DNA of 28,989 nt from an uncultured Oligoflexus sp. Its GTDB lineage: Bacteria > Bdellovibrionota_B > Oligoflexia > Oligoflexales > Oligoflexaceae. The stretch is taken from contig CAXSGP010000059.1 in assembly GCA_964236955.1 (NCBI GenBank), forward strand, positions 1 through 28,989, in the 5' to 3' direction. Each line of letters opens with the position of its first letter. Within the stretch, counting starts at the first letter, position 1. Made by a program: the position numbers and the translations under genes. Below the pieces are notes generated by a model. The model was given only the letters and a program-made list of their open reading frames with translations. It did not search any database and was not told the DNA's origin. Shown here one piece after another: positions 8,364-18,182 of the stretch.

Positions 8364-10745
8364 CTAATCCCCTTGGGTTCCTGGCGCCAACTCCAGAACA
8401 TTCCCGCTTCGATTGACCGATGGTGGCTGGGCATCTTCCGAAGTCCCCCAGTTTGAAGGCGAGTTGTCGACCGTAAAGGCAAGCGAACTCTCACGATTGA
8501 TGTCCGACCAATGGATCCAGGTATTGGAAAGATCGGCTCCATTTAAGGTCACAGATTGAACGTAGCGATTTGATTCCGAGGCACCAGGCGCGGTGATGAC
8601 CAGCGTTCCCATCGATCCGACTTTCACAATGGCTGACGGAAACGCCGGGCTTGTCACGGCAAGAAAATTGGATCCGCTCATAGTTGGGTAAAGGCCCAGT
8701 GAGGAAAACACATACCAGGCGCTCATCGTGCCAAGGTCATCGTTACCCGTCATACCATCGGGACCGCTGGTAAACAGGGACAGCGCCGCTCGAACCACCG
8801 TCGCGGTCTTGGCCGGGGCTCCCGTCCACAGGTACATGTATGGGGCGAGAAGATCGGGTTCATTGTTAGGGTTGTAGGTTGCTTTCGCATAATAATCATA
8901 AGGCTTGGAAATCCAGTCATCGTGGACAGTAGCGGAGGGATTGCTAAGCAAATTGTTTTGCACAAAAAATTCATCGAGCCGCTCCTCCGCTGCTGCCCTT
9001 CCGCCCATGAGTCCCACCAGGCCAGCTGGATCCTGGGGAACCAGCCACTGATACTGATAGGCCCCACCCTCATGAAATTGTTCATTCGCACCAATGGGAT
9101 TGTAGGGGTTCAGCCAGGAGCCATCGCTATTTCTTGGCCGGAATTGTTTGATCTGTGGATCCCATATATTGCGATACCATTGTCCGCGCATCGTGAACAG
9201 GTAAGCGTCAGCGATCTTTCCAAGGCCGGCAGCCATAAGCGCAAGGGAAGCATCGGCAGCCGCGTACTCAAGGGTAGCCGAGGCCGGATGATCGCAGTCA
9301 TTGTCCCCACCTTTATCCACACAGTCCGTGCCCCGCTTCAATCCAAAAGGGATATAACCATGCGAACTGTAAAAATCTATCCCGCTTCGACCATTGTAGG
9401 CTGAGTCAGCCGGTGGCTGACTGGTCGCATTCCGGCGAAGCAGCGTGTAGGCTTCTTCTTCATGGCCTGCAAGTAATCCCTTGGACCAGGCTTCAACCAG
9501 AAACGGCGTCACGGGATCGCCTGTCATTATATTGGTTTCGCTATTGGCAAGGGCCCAACGGGGTAGCCATCCTCCGTCCCGTCCAATGGCCACGACCGAC
9601 AGCGCAACATCGCGGGCAACCTCGGGCACCAGAAGTTCCAGCAGTTGATTTTGGGGCCGGTAGGTATCCCATAGTGAAAAGTTTTGGTAGGGATTGTAAC
9701 CTTCAGCTCGATGAATTTGCCTATCAAAGCCAACATAAGCCCGATCGATATCGCCGGCAAGATTGGGGTGCAGAAGCGAGTGATAAAGGGCCGTGTAAAA
9801 GACGCTCCGCTTCTCATTATAAGCGGGACCGCTACCGCCACTGATGGCGATACGATTTAACTCGTTAATCCAGGTTTGTCGCAAGGCCTTTCGAGTGGCA
9901 TCAAAATCAAACCCGTCGCCTGTTTCCGCAGCCAGATTTTGCCTCGCTCCGGCAAGGCCGGTATAAGAAAGGCCAACCTTCACGACAAGATCCCGATCGG
10001 AATTGCTATTGAAAGTGACAAAGGCGCCGTTGCCGCCCGAACCTGCTGCATCACGACTGTTTTTATTGATGCTGGATCCCTGCCAGGTTCCGAAAGAGTC
10101 AAAAGGCCTATCAAAGACAGCGGTGAAAAAGACCGTATGCTTATCCCTTCCTGCACAGAAATTCCCGGCGTGCACCTTGCCCTCAAGCGTTCTGTCGCCG
10201 ACTATATGAATCTCCGAATCAAATACATTCTGATTGGCCCGACCCGTATTGAAAAGCACATTGGCGGCTTCGTTTGCTGGAAAGGTATAGCGTTGCCATC
10301 CGGTCCGCGCGGTCGCCGTTAATTCTGCATCGATGCCATACTTTTCAAGCCGCACCCTGTAATAACCGGGTGATGCTATCTCATCGCTATGCGAGTATTG
10401 CGAACGGTAAACATTGGGATCGACACTGCTAACCGCACCGCTTGTCGGCATGATCGGCAGCTCCCCGGCAACGCCGCAGCCCACTCCGGAGAGATGGGTC
10501 TGACTGAAGCCGTAGATCGTATCATTTTTATAGTCGTAGCCGCCCTGCCCACCGGTGTCCGGACTGACCTGAACCATTCCAAAGGGGGCACTTGCACCAG
10601 GAAATGTGTTGCCAAAGTTTTCAGTCCCGACAAAGGGACGGACGAGATCCACGGGAGCCGCATTGTAAGCGACTGTCAATCTCGGATCGGCAAAAACCAA
10701 TCCGCCATGGGCGGCCACCACAGCCGCTAAAAAATGAGATTTCAT
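8364..10745 (-). CDS. GH92 family glycoside hydrolase (alpha-1,2-mannosidase-like), secreted
   Basis: GNTFPGASAPFGMVQVSPDT, FSQTHLSGVG, FSLWDTYR, ATLEY, FHEG, NNEPD, GNDDLGTMSAWYVFSSLGLYP; ATG 10745 lies 8 nt after AGGAG and begins a signal-like peptide. Confidence 0.95.
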   Translation of the reverse strand: MKSHFLAAVVAAHGGLVFADPRLTVAYNAAPVDLVRPFVGTENFGNTFPGASAPFGMVQVSPDTGGQGGYDYKNDTIYGFSQTHLSGVGCGVAGELPIMPTSGAVSSVDPNVYRSQYSHSDEIASPGYYRVRLEKYGIDAELTATARTGWQRYTFPANEAANVLFNTGRANQNVFDSEIHIVGDRTLEGKVHAGNFCAGRDKHTVFFTAVFDRPFDSFGTWQGSSINKNSRDAAGSGGNGAFVTFNSNSDRDLVVKVGLSYTGLAGARQNLAAETGDGFDFDATRKALRQTWINELNRIAISGGSGPAYNEKRSVFYTALYHSLLHPNLAGDIDRAYVGFDRQIHRAEGYNPYQNFSLWDTYRPQNQLLELLVPEVARDVALSVVAIGRDGGWLPRWALANSETNIMTGDPVTPFLVEAWSKGLLAGHEEEAYTLLRRNATSQPPADSAYNGRSGIDFYSSHGYIPFGLKRGTDCVDKGGDNDCDHPASATLEYAAADASLALMAAGLGKIADAYLFTMRGQWYRNIWDPQIKQFRPRNSDGSWLNPYNPIGANEQFHEGGAYQYQWLVPQDPAGLVGLMGGRAAAEERLDEFFVQNNLLSNPSATVHDDWISKPYDYYAKATYNPNNEPDLLAPYMYLWTGAPAKTATVVRAALSLFTSGPDGMTGNDDLGTMSAWYVFSSLGLYPTMSGSNFLAVTSPAFPSAIVKVGSMGTLVITAPGASESNRYVQSVTLNGADLSNTWIHWSDINRESSLAFTVDNSPSNWGTSEDAQPPSVNRSGNVLELAPGTQGD

Positions 10746-11183
10746 CGACATAGCTCCTGTTAAAGTCGTCATCATTTGGAGATCACGTTGGCATGAGGCA
10801 GCAATAAAAGTCAACGCAGGCGGCCTAGTGAATAAGCATAAATTCTTTGCTTTTGAGGTACAGTTACCGGCACGGCCGGCACGGAAGTGAGCGAACAAAA
10901 CCTGCCCGAGCATCAGGCGCATGGAATGAAAGCCAGCTCAAGCCAATCGCAACCAAATTTGAAGCGTTGCGATTTAAGGGAACGACCGCTTCTCGAAAAG
11001 ATGAAATCTCAGCGAACAAAGTCTTTTCCAAATAATCGCCTTCTTCCCCTACTGAGCCCATTTCCCTTCACTGACCAGCACCCGCCTTTATATAGCCTTC
11101 TGTTTATTTTTATTCCAAGTTCATAATATTGTGATATTATTTCAAAAAATACGGCTATTCTTAATTAAGTCAAGAGGTTAAAG

Positions 11184-12155
11184 ATGTGGCGTTCCTTCGT
11201 ATGGCTCAGTCTTTTCATTTTTTCAGCTTGCAATTCTGGGGCGGAATCCGAACTGGCACATCCCTCGCTGGTATCATCGACTCGGATACCCGTACTCCCC
11301 AGCCCTTCCTTTAAAGTTGCCTTCGTCGGTGATCAGGGTAGTTCGGAAGAGACCCGCGAAGTTTTGCGCCTCATTAAAGAGGAGAATGTTGGTCTCTTGG
11401 TGATTCCTGGCGATTTCGACTATAAAGATAGTCCCGACGAGTGGGATGCGATGCTGACTCAGGAACTTGGGGACCTTCCCATTCTGGCGGCAATCGGCAA
11501 CCACGACCTTGCAAAGTGGTCGGCCTATTCCGAAAAATTAGAAAGGCGTTTGGCAAAAATGCCGAAAGCCCATTGCAAGGGAGAAGTCGGAGTTAAGCAA
11601 AACTGCATCTATGAAGGGGTACAATTTGTTTTCTCTGGCGTCGGCACCATGGGCAAGGATCAGGAAAAATTTATTCAGGACAGTCTTAAGGGAACTGCGG
11701 CTGCCTTCAAAATCTGTGTCTGGCACAAAAACCAGAAAATGATGCAGGTCGGGGGTAAGGAAGATGAGGTGGGCTGGGATGCCTATGAGATCTGCAGAAG
11801 CCAGGGGGCGATGGTCGTCACAGGACACGAGCATTCCTATTCACGCACTCATCTGCTGAGTAATTTTGAAAAACAGACGGTGGCTTCCCGAGAAACTAAC
11901 GTCGTCCTTGAGCCCGGCAAATCCTTTGCTATCGTCACCGGTTTGGGGGGGCAATCGATACGAGAGCAAAAGCTTGAGGGCAAATATTGGGCAAAGGTCT
12001 ACACCTCGACTCAAAATGCCAAAAATGGCGTCCTATTTTGTACCTTTAATACCGGTAATAACCCTCGCCTTGCGGGCTGTGTGTTTAGGAATGTCAAAGG
12101 TGAAATCGTTGACAGCTTCGGTCTGGAAAGTCACGTCGACGAAGGACGGTCTTAG
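11184..12155 (+). CDS. Calcineurin-like metallophosphoesterase, probable lipoprotein
   Basis: Metal motifs GD, GDFDY, GNHD, WH, GHEH; lipobox-like FSAC; GAGG RBS. Confidence 0.88.
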   Translation: MWRSFVWLSLFIFSACNSGAESELAHPSLVSSTRIPVLPSPSFKVAFVGDQGSSEETREVLRLIKEENVGLLVIPGDFDYKDSPDEWDAMLTQELGDLPILAAIGNHDLAKWSAYSEKLERRLAKMPKAHCKGEVGVKQNCIYEGVQFVFSGVGTMGKDQEKFIQDSLKGTAAAFKICVWHKNQKMMQVGGKEDEVGWDAYEICRSQGAMVVTGHEHSYSRTHLLSNFEKQTVASRETNVVLEPGKSFAIVTGLGGQSIREQKLEGKYWAKVYTSTQNAKNGVLFCTFNTGNNPRLAGCVFRNVKGEIVDSFGLESHVDEGRS

Positions 12156-12361
12156 TTTTATAGAGCAGCTAGGGATATGGGCTTTTAGCTGGAGGATATT
12201 GGAGCTACCGTATCTAAAATGATACAGGGATTGCTCTGGATCCCTTCTGGGTCGCTGCTAAGCTATGAATATTTTGATCTCAAGCCTGGCATGCCTCGTG
12301 CAATACACCCCCTAAGTCTACAGTCGGTTCCATGAGCGACGTCAAAACAGGGGATAATAAA

Positions 12362-12940
12362 ATGGATATCTTAAATAGTGCAAAAGATGCTTTGAGTTCG
12401 GTGCAAAAGGTTATGAACGATGCTAAGGCAAGTGTTCTTAAAACAGCGGAAGTTGGTGATCTCAATGCCATTGAACTTTTGATCGCCCAGCATCGGGAGG
12501 TAGATGTTCTTTTTGCGGAATTTGAACAAGCTGGAGATAAGGCCTTCCGGACCAAGGAAACAATCTACGCTAAAATTGCAGAAAAACTGCGCCTTCATAC
12601 CGATTTAGAAGAAAAATACTTTTATCCAGCCGCTGAACGCGTCGATAAGGATTTGATCGGTGAAGCTCAGGAAGAGCATGACGTCGTTAAAGAGATGCTG
12701 AATAAACTCGATAAGCTAGCCGCCGAGGATTCGACATTTGATTCCAAAGTCACCGTTCTCCAGGAGCTGGTTCATCATCATGTGCGTGAGGAGGAATCTG
12801 ATCTTTTCCCAAAATGCAAAAGCAAAATGGCCAAGGAAACTCTAGACAAAATAGGCGAAGAAATGCACCGGGAAGCTATGCGAACAGATAGCGACATGAA
12901 GGGAGCAAAAGCCGAGCGACAGGCCTCTCAGGCTCACTAA
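12362..12940 (+). CDS. Hemerythrin (HHE) domain protein
   Basis: QHREV, HTDLEEKYFYP, EEH, HHVREEESDLFP di-iron motifs; start could also be 12332. Confidence 0.88.
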   Translation: MDILNSAKDALSSVQKVMNDAKASVLKTAEVGDLNAIELLIAQHREVDVLFAEFEQAGDKAFRTKETIYAKIAEKLRLHTDLEEKYFYPAAERVDKDLIGEAQEEHDVVKEMLNKLDKLAAEDSTFDSKVTVLQELVHHHVREEESDLFPKCKSKMAKETLDKIGEEMHREAMRTDSDMKGAKAERQASQAH

Positions 12941-12950
12941 GTGTGGATCG

Positions 12951-12984
12951 GGCAGGTCCGCCTATTTATTTCTGCGGATCTGCC
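12951..12984. terminator. Hairpin between convergent genes
   Basis: GGCAGGTCCGC ... GCGGATCTGCC 11-bp stem (one G-U); no clear U-tract. Confidence 0.45.
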
Positions 12985-13020
12985 AGCGCCGGCATAGCCA
13001 TCGCAAGCTAATTGCATGGC

Positions 13021-14199
13021 CTACTCATACACATCGACCTCTCTCCAAAGCTCACCTCGAATCGTTTCCAACACAAGATCATTGCCATCATGACCCAAAA
13101 TATATTGATGCTGGAGTGGGATTTTTCCAGACGGGGTATCCATGATATAGGCTGGAATGCCCATACCGGTAATATTCCCCCGAAGGGACTTCATGACTTC
13201 CATTCCCTTTCGCACGGATACACGTAAATGCTCAGTGCCCTGGACGCTGTGGGGATGAAAAACATAGTAAGGCCGGGCGCGGATTTTAAGCAGCGCGCGA
13301 CACAGGTTCATCATCTGTTCGGGTGTGTCGTTGACCCCGCGCAAAAGCACAGCCTGATTACCAACGGGAATGCCGTTGTTGACAAGGTTCGCGACGGCAA
13401 GGGCGGCCTCTGGCGTAATTTCCTCGGCACAATTGAAATGCGTATTCACATAGACAGGATGATACTTCGCGAGGATCCTGGCTAAGCGATTGGTCACGCG
13501 ATAGGGGAGAGTTACGGGTGTACGGGTTCCAAAACGGATGATCTCAACATGAGGAATGGCGCGAATTCTCTGTAGCAGTGATTCTATCGCCTGGTCACTT
13601 GCCACGAAGGAATCACCGCCGGTAATGAGCACGTCGCGGATAGCGGGATTTGCGGCGATATAGGCGATGCCACGATCGATGATAGCTCGGTTAAAGTGCA
13701 GGCCAGACTCATCATCACGTCGCTTTCGAAAACAATAGCGACAGTAGACGGGACAAAGCTGGGCCACACAAAAGGCAACTCGATCGGGATAGACCTGAAC
13801 GACTTCACGAACCGGGGAATGGGCGACTTCCGACAAGGGGTCAGCGACGCCGAGACTGTCCTTCAATTCTTCGATGCGAGGCAAAGCCTGAAGCCGTATC
13901 GGACACTCGTCATCTTGGAGACGAGGTATCATGAGACCCATATAATAAGGCGTGATACCGGCATTAAAAAGGTGTTTGAGCCGCTCGAAGCCTTGGGCTT
14001 CTTGCTCCTTCAAACTCAGGACTTCGGCCGCTTGGGAGCCTTCGGTAATCTGATGTTTCATCTGCCAGCGCCAGTTGATAAAAGTCTTGGGATCGACTTG
14101 AAAGCGGGAAGCCATCTGCGATGTTAGTGAATTTGGATCTTCCGCTAGTGGGAAAAACTCTTCTGGAATATAGAATGACGACTGTTCGTTGCTGTCCAT
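13021..14199 (-). CDS. KamA family radical SAM protein (lysine 2,3-aminomutase-like)
   Basis: WRWQ, CPVYCRYCFRKR, LITGGD, IRFGTRTPV, HFN, NQAVLLRGVND, PYY, GKIP (PLP Lys). Start set at ATG 14199 to avoid overlap with maf. Confidence 0.92.
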   Translation of the reverse strand: MDSNEQSSFYIPEEFFPLAEDPNSLTSQMASRFQVDPKTFINWRWQMKHQITEGSQAAEVLSLKEQEAQGFERLKHLFNAGITPYYMGLMIPRLQDDECPIRLQALPRIEELKDSLGVADPLSEVAHSPVREVVQVYPDRVAFCVAQLCPVYCRYCFRKRRDDESGLHFNRAIIDRGIAYIAANPAIRDVLITGGDSFVASDQAIESLLQRIRAIPHVEIIRFGTRTPVTLPYRVTNRLARILAKYHPVYVNTHFNCAEEITPEAALAVANLVNNGIPVGNQAVLLRGVNDTPEQMMNLCRALLKIRARPYYVFHPHSVQGTEHLRVSVRKGMEVMKSLRGNITGMGIPAYIMDTPSGKIPLQHQYILGHDGNDLVLETIRGELWREVDVYE

Positions 14200-14265
14200 A
14201 GGCTCACTTTTGCGTCGTAGTGGCAGCATGAAGATTGCGCCGCCTTTTATATATAGGACCTTTGA

Positions 14266-14886
14266 ATGAAGATCAATCATCTGCTCCTCGCTTCAACATC
14301 GAGCCACCGCAGGGCTTTATTGCAGCAAGTCGGTCTCTCCCATCGCGCCGTGGCTCCCGCGCTTGATGAGGAAAGCATCCAAGCGGATTCTCCAGCCGAA
14401 CTCGCTCAAGCCCGCAGCGAAGCCAAAGGCCTCTCTTTGAGCTATAGTGGCGAGATTTACATCGCAATCGCCGCCGATCAGGTTTTGGATTTCAATGGCG
14501 TGGCCTATGGAAAAGCAGACAATCGCAGGGAAGCCAGGGAGCGCCTTCGCCTCTTTGCTGGTCGATCTCACCTTTTACGCAGTGCTTATACCCTGGTCCT
14601 TTACAAAGCCAGCGGTGCAAAAATTCTCAAAAGCCGCGTCATAAACGCCAAAATGACGATGCGGGATTTGAGCGAGTCCGAAATTGAGGCCTATCTCGAT
14701 AGCAAAGAATGGGAAGGTTGCGCCGGCTGCTATCAATATGAAAATCGCGGCATCCATCTCTTCTCCAGCCTCGAAGGCGATATGAGTACGGTTATAGGCC
14801 TGCCTTTGCCAAGTCTGTTGAGCGATCTTCGCACTCTCGGCATCAATGTTTTGGAGAATCCCCTGGGCCCGTGGGAGCTTGCCTAG
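14266..14886 (+). CDS. maf: Maf family nucleotide pyrophosphatase (YceF-like signature)
   Basis: LASTS..RRALL, DEE, ADQV, GK, CAG.Y..E, VIGLPL; DQ/CAG/E residues match the YceF subtype. Confidence 0.9.
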   Translation: MKINHLLLASTSSHRRALLQQVGLSHRAVAPALDEESIQADSPAELAQARSEAKGLSLSYSGEIYIAIAADQVLDFNGVAYGKADNRREARERLRLFAGRSHLLRSAYTLVLYKASGAKILKSRVINAKMTMRDLSESEIEAYLDSKEWEGCAGCYQYENRGIHLFSSLEGDMSTVIGLPLPSLLSDLRTLGINVLENPLGPWELA

Positions 14887-14890
14887 ATAG

Positions 14891-15008
14891 TGTCGGTCCG
14901 GAAAAGGCGATGGCTGCGTTTCATCGGCAGAAAAAAATGCTCATTTATGGGAATAAACTCCGCTTTTTTTCTGCCTCGCGCCTTGCCATCCCCATTTCCG
15001 GACAGACA
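14891..15008. repeat. MITE-like palindromic repeat, copy 1
   Basis: Terminal IRs TGTCGGTCCGGAAAAGG / TGTCTGTCCGGAAATGG; flanked by direct repeat CTAGATAG (14883-14890, 15009-15016); core shared with 22697-22805. Confidence 0.85.
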
Positions 15009-15833
15009 CTAGATAGACCGATTTGTTTCAAGGCGGGGGATTTTTTTAGTGCCGGCGCGAACTGCGGTCAAAACTTTTTTCTTCACCTTGCCCCTGGGTT
15101 TGCTAGGCAGGCTGCTTGCGGCTTTGGCCTTTATCTTAGACTTTTTCGGCCCAATTTTAGCGACTGGCTTAAGTTTTTTACGTAGATCCTCATAACTGGG
15201 GCAGAGCTCGTTGAGCACACAGGCTTCGCAATCTGGCGACAAAGCTTTGCACACATAACGCCCATGCAGTATGAAATGATGATGACCATCAGGAAGGTCT
15301 TTGGGATCGATCACCTTGAGCAACTCGAGTTCAGCTTTTTCCGGATTTTTTTCATTCTGCAGCCCCAGCCGCCTTGTCACCCGGTAGACATGGGTATCGA
15401 CCGCGAGCGTGGGGTGGCGAAAGATTTCACCCAAAATTACATTTGCGGTTTTCCGGCCTACTCCGGGCAGGCTTTCAAGAGCTTCGCGCGAGTCTGGCAC
15501 TTTACCACCAAAACGCTCGAGCAGAATCTGACTGAAGCGCAGCACGTTCCTGGCCTTGGTGGGATCCAGACCGATCGATCGAATATTGGCCAGAAGTCCT
15601 TCGGCGCCAAGTGCGATCGTAGTCTCTGGAGTGAATTCCCCTTCGTAAAGGGGACCCATGACCCGATTGACCATCTTATCCGTAGTTTGTGCGGATAGGG
15701 CGACCGATACCAACAGTTGATAGGGGCTATGATAGATGAGTTCGCAGTGGGGATCCGGATGCGCTGCCTGGAGCCTATCGATGATGATGCGTGCAAACTC
15801 CCGACGCTTGCCCAACGATCCCATCCTTACCAT
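15009..15833 (-). CDS. nth: Endonuclease III with Lys-rich C-terminal extension
   Basis: LSAQTTD, HhH LPGVGRKTAN, AVDTHV, HGRYVC, 4Fe-4S motif C-x6-C-x2-C-x5-C. Confidence 0.95.
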   Translation of the reverse strand: MVRMGSLGKRREFARIIIDRLQAAHPDPHCELIYHSPYQLLVSVALSAQTTDKMVNRVMGPLYEGEFTPETTIALGAEGLLANIRSIGLDPTKARNVLRFSQILLERFGGKVPDSREALESLPGVGRKTANVILGEIFRHPTLAVDTHVYRVTRRLGLQNEKNPEKAELELLKVIDPKDLPDGHHHFILHGRYVCKALSPDCEACVLNELCPSYEDLRKKLKPVAKIGPKKSKIKAKAASSLPSKPRGKVKKKVLTAVRAGTKKIPRLETNRSI

Positions 15834-15846
15834 GCGCTTCCCCTGC

Positions 15847-15917
15847 TGCTTCGGCTCAGAGATTCTGATCCGGCTTTGCCGATCGGTGCCTTGACTCAGA
15901 CCTTCTGAGCCGAAGCA
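15847..15917. repeat. Long inverted repeat between ferredoxin and nth
   Basis: Perfect 14-bp arms TGCTTCGGCTCAGA (15847-15860) and TCTGAGCCGAAGCA (15904-15917). Confidence 0.75.
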
Positions 15918-15924
15918 CCGACTT

Positions 15925-16206
15925 TTACTCAGAAACTTCTAGTACGACATCGCCATAAACTTTGCATTGGCAAGCCAGTCGCTCGTTAGGCTCAGCGGCC
16001 ATAGTTTCCAGGAAGTCACGTTCATCATCAAGCATGGGACTCAGCTTGTCAGCACCTTCCAATACGCGAACCATGCAAGCGCCGCATGCACCATCGCGAC
16101 AGCCGAAGAGGATAGATGTGTCATGCTCTTCGCACATGTCAATGAGTGCATATCCATCTTTAACATCCAAGGTGAGCTTGTCGGTTTTAATATTTACTTT
16201 TGGCAT
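15925..16206 (-). CDS. 2Fe-2S ferredoxin
   Basis: C-RDGA-C-GA-C ... RLACQ; ATG 16206 after AGGAG. Confidence 0.92.
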   Translation of the reverse strand: MPKVNIKTDKLTLDVKDGYALIDMCEEHDTSILFGCRDGACGACMVRVLEGADKLSPMLDDERDFLETMAAEPNERLACQCKVYGDVVLEVSE

Positions 16207-16531
16207 ATAATTCTCCTGCCTGACTATCGCCTGTATGGATATAGGAAGTTCCGCCAATATAAGGTCGTAGTATTAAAAGTCCATTACTTTCCAAGGCCTT
16301 TAATGTCACTTTCCGAGAACTTCTAATTAAGTATACATATCGAAAGGTTAAAAAATGAAATAAATTTACCTTTTGGATCGCAGATTAAAATTCCGGCAAG
16401 TCAAGCAAACACTGTCTTTGCTGCAAAAAAGCCTTTCGCTTTTATCCCGACCGGAGTTCCGTAAAACGGTGCAAGTTGCTATTCTAATTGACTTCGGCTT
16501 GGAAACAATGCCGACATCCATGAGGATCCAT

Positions 16532-18046
16532 ATGATTGGAAATGAAAATCACGCTCAATTGTTCGGTTGGAATATCAAACCCTGGCTATCGACTGCAAAG
16601 TTTGAACAGGTCGATGCTGACACCCAACTCATTTATTGTGGCGTCCAAAGTGATGCCATGGCCCTCTTGCAAACTTTAAATGATCAACTCCTCCCTTGGC
16701 AAAGTAAGCTGGTCAATTTTGAGGAGGGTGAGCTCTTCAGCCTTGCTGGGAAATCCGGCCCTATCATCATTTTAAGGCCACGTGGTATCAGCGAAGGGCA
16801 AAAGCGTGACGGCGGATTGTTAGCGCCCAGTCCGTACGGAATGGCGCGCGATCTTGTCGGTAAAGCCTTTGCCGAATTGAAAAAATTTAAATCCTTGCGG
16901 GTCAAGGTCCGCTTCGTCAATGCCATGGCCGACGAAATTAAAGGGGCATTGGTGGGCCTGGAAATGGCCGCCTACGCCTACCGTCCACTCGTCCAGGACC
17001 AAGCCCCTCCCTTGCCGGAATTGATTCTCGATGTTGATAAAAAACTCTGGAATGAAGCCCAAAACCTGGCGACCGGCATCAATATTGCCCGTCATCTGGT
17101 AAACACGCCGCCCAACAAACTCTTTCCCCAGTCGTTCGCCCTTCAAGCCGCGAAACTCTTTTTGGGCAAGGAGAGTGTCACCACCGCCATCTGGGATGAA
17201 GAAAAGCTGAAGCGCGAAGGCATGGGCCTTCATTTGGCGGTTGGCAGCGCTTCGCAGCATCGTCCCTGTCTTTTGCATATACGCTATCGACCCGCAGGCG
17301 TTACGGAGCAACCGATCGCCCTGGTCGGCAAAGGGGTTACCTTTGATTCCGGAGGACTCGATATCAAAGACCCGGCAAGTATGCGCCTGATGAAAAAGGA
17401 TATGGGTGGAGCCGCAGCTATCATCGGCACCCTCTATCAGCTCGTATCCAACCAAGTCCCCCGCAACGTCGATGTGTATATTCCCTTAGCTGAAAATGCC
17501 ATTTCGGGATCAGCCTTCAGGCCGAGTGATATCATTCGCGCACGCAATGGCATGACGGTGGAGATCCACAATACCGATGCTGAAGGTCGTCTCGTACTTG
17601 CCGATGCCATGGCAGTCGCAGGCGAGCAGACGGGAGTGGATAAGCCATCCGCTATCATCGTGGCGGCGACCTTAACCGGCGCTATCAAAGTTGGCCTTGG
17701 AGCCGATGTCGCCGGATTTTTTACCAATAATGATGAACTTAGCGGTCTGATCTCCCGGCAATCCCAGGCACAGGGCGATCTCATGTGGCACATGCCACTG
17801 TTTGAGGGCTATCGCGCGCGTCTTGAAACCAACGTTGCGGATATCAATCACTGCGCGTTAGGCTCCTTTGGAGGGGCTGTGACTGCCGCTTTGTTCCTTG
17901 CAGAGTTTGCTAAAGGCTACCCCTTTGCCCATCTTGACATCTATGCCTGGACGGATGGGGAAAAGGGCGCCTTACGGGAGGCCGGCGGCAGCGGCCAGGC
18001 CGTCCAATGTCTATCGGGAGTTTTGCAGCATTTTCGCCGAACTTAA
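16532..18046 (+). CDS. Leucyl aminopeptidase family (M17)
   Basis: VGKGVTFDSGG, MKKDMGG, AEN, NTDAEGRLVLAD, TLTGA, HLDI; ATG 16532 follows GAGG (16508/16520 are alternatives). Confidence 0.93.
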   Translation: MIGNENHAQLFGWNIKPWLSTAKFEQVDADTQLIYCGVQSDAMALLQTLNDQLLPWQSKLVNFEEGELFSLAGKSGPIIILRPRGISEGQKRDGGLLAPSPYGMARDLVGKAFAELKKFKSLRVKVRFVNAMADEIKGALVGLEMAAYAYRPLVQDQAPPLPELILDVDKKLWNEAQNLATGINIARHLVNTPPNKLFPQSFALQAAKLFLGKESVTTAIWDEEKLKREGMGLHLAVGSASQHRPCLLHIRYRPAGVTEQPIALVGKGVTFDSGGLDIKDPASMRLMKKDMGGAAAIIGTLYQLVSNQVPRNVDVYIPLAENAISGSAFRPSDIIRARNGMTVEIHNTDAEGRLVLADAMAVAGEQTGVDKPSAIIVAATLTGAIKVGLGADVAGFFTNNDELSGLISRQSQAQGDLMWHMPLFEGYRARLETNVADINHCALGSFGGAVTAALFLAEFAKGYPFAHLDIYAWTDGEKGALREAGGSGQAVQCLSGVLQHFRRT

Positions 18047-18182
18047 CAAAAACGGCTTCGGATTGAGGTCGCGCCTCAAAAATCGGGCGGGCGGGGAATA
18101 CAGTCGGTTCATAAAGCCGATTGCCGACTCGGGCATTGACCGCGCTTATGGAATGATTTCGATCTGGCGTTAGGAGATAGGT

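Noticed and set aside
10746..10922. N-terminal extension of GH92 in the ORF track
   Set aside because: RBS and signal peptide point to 10745; similar over-extensions apply to the crotonase, KamA, M17, ROK and xylH ORFs.
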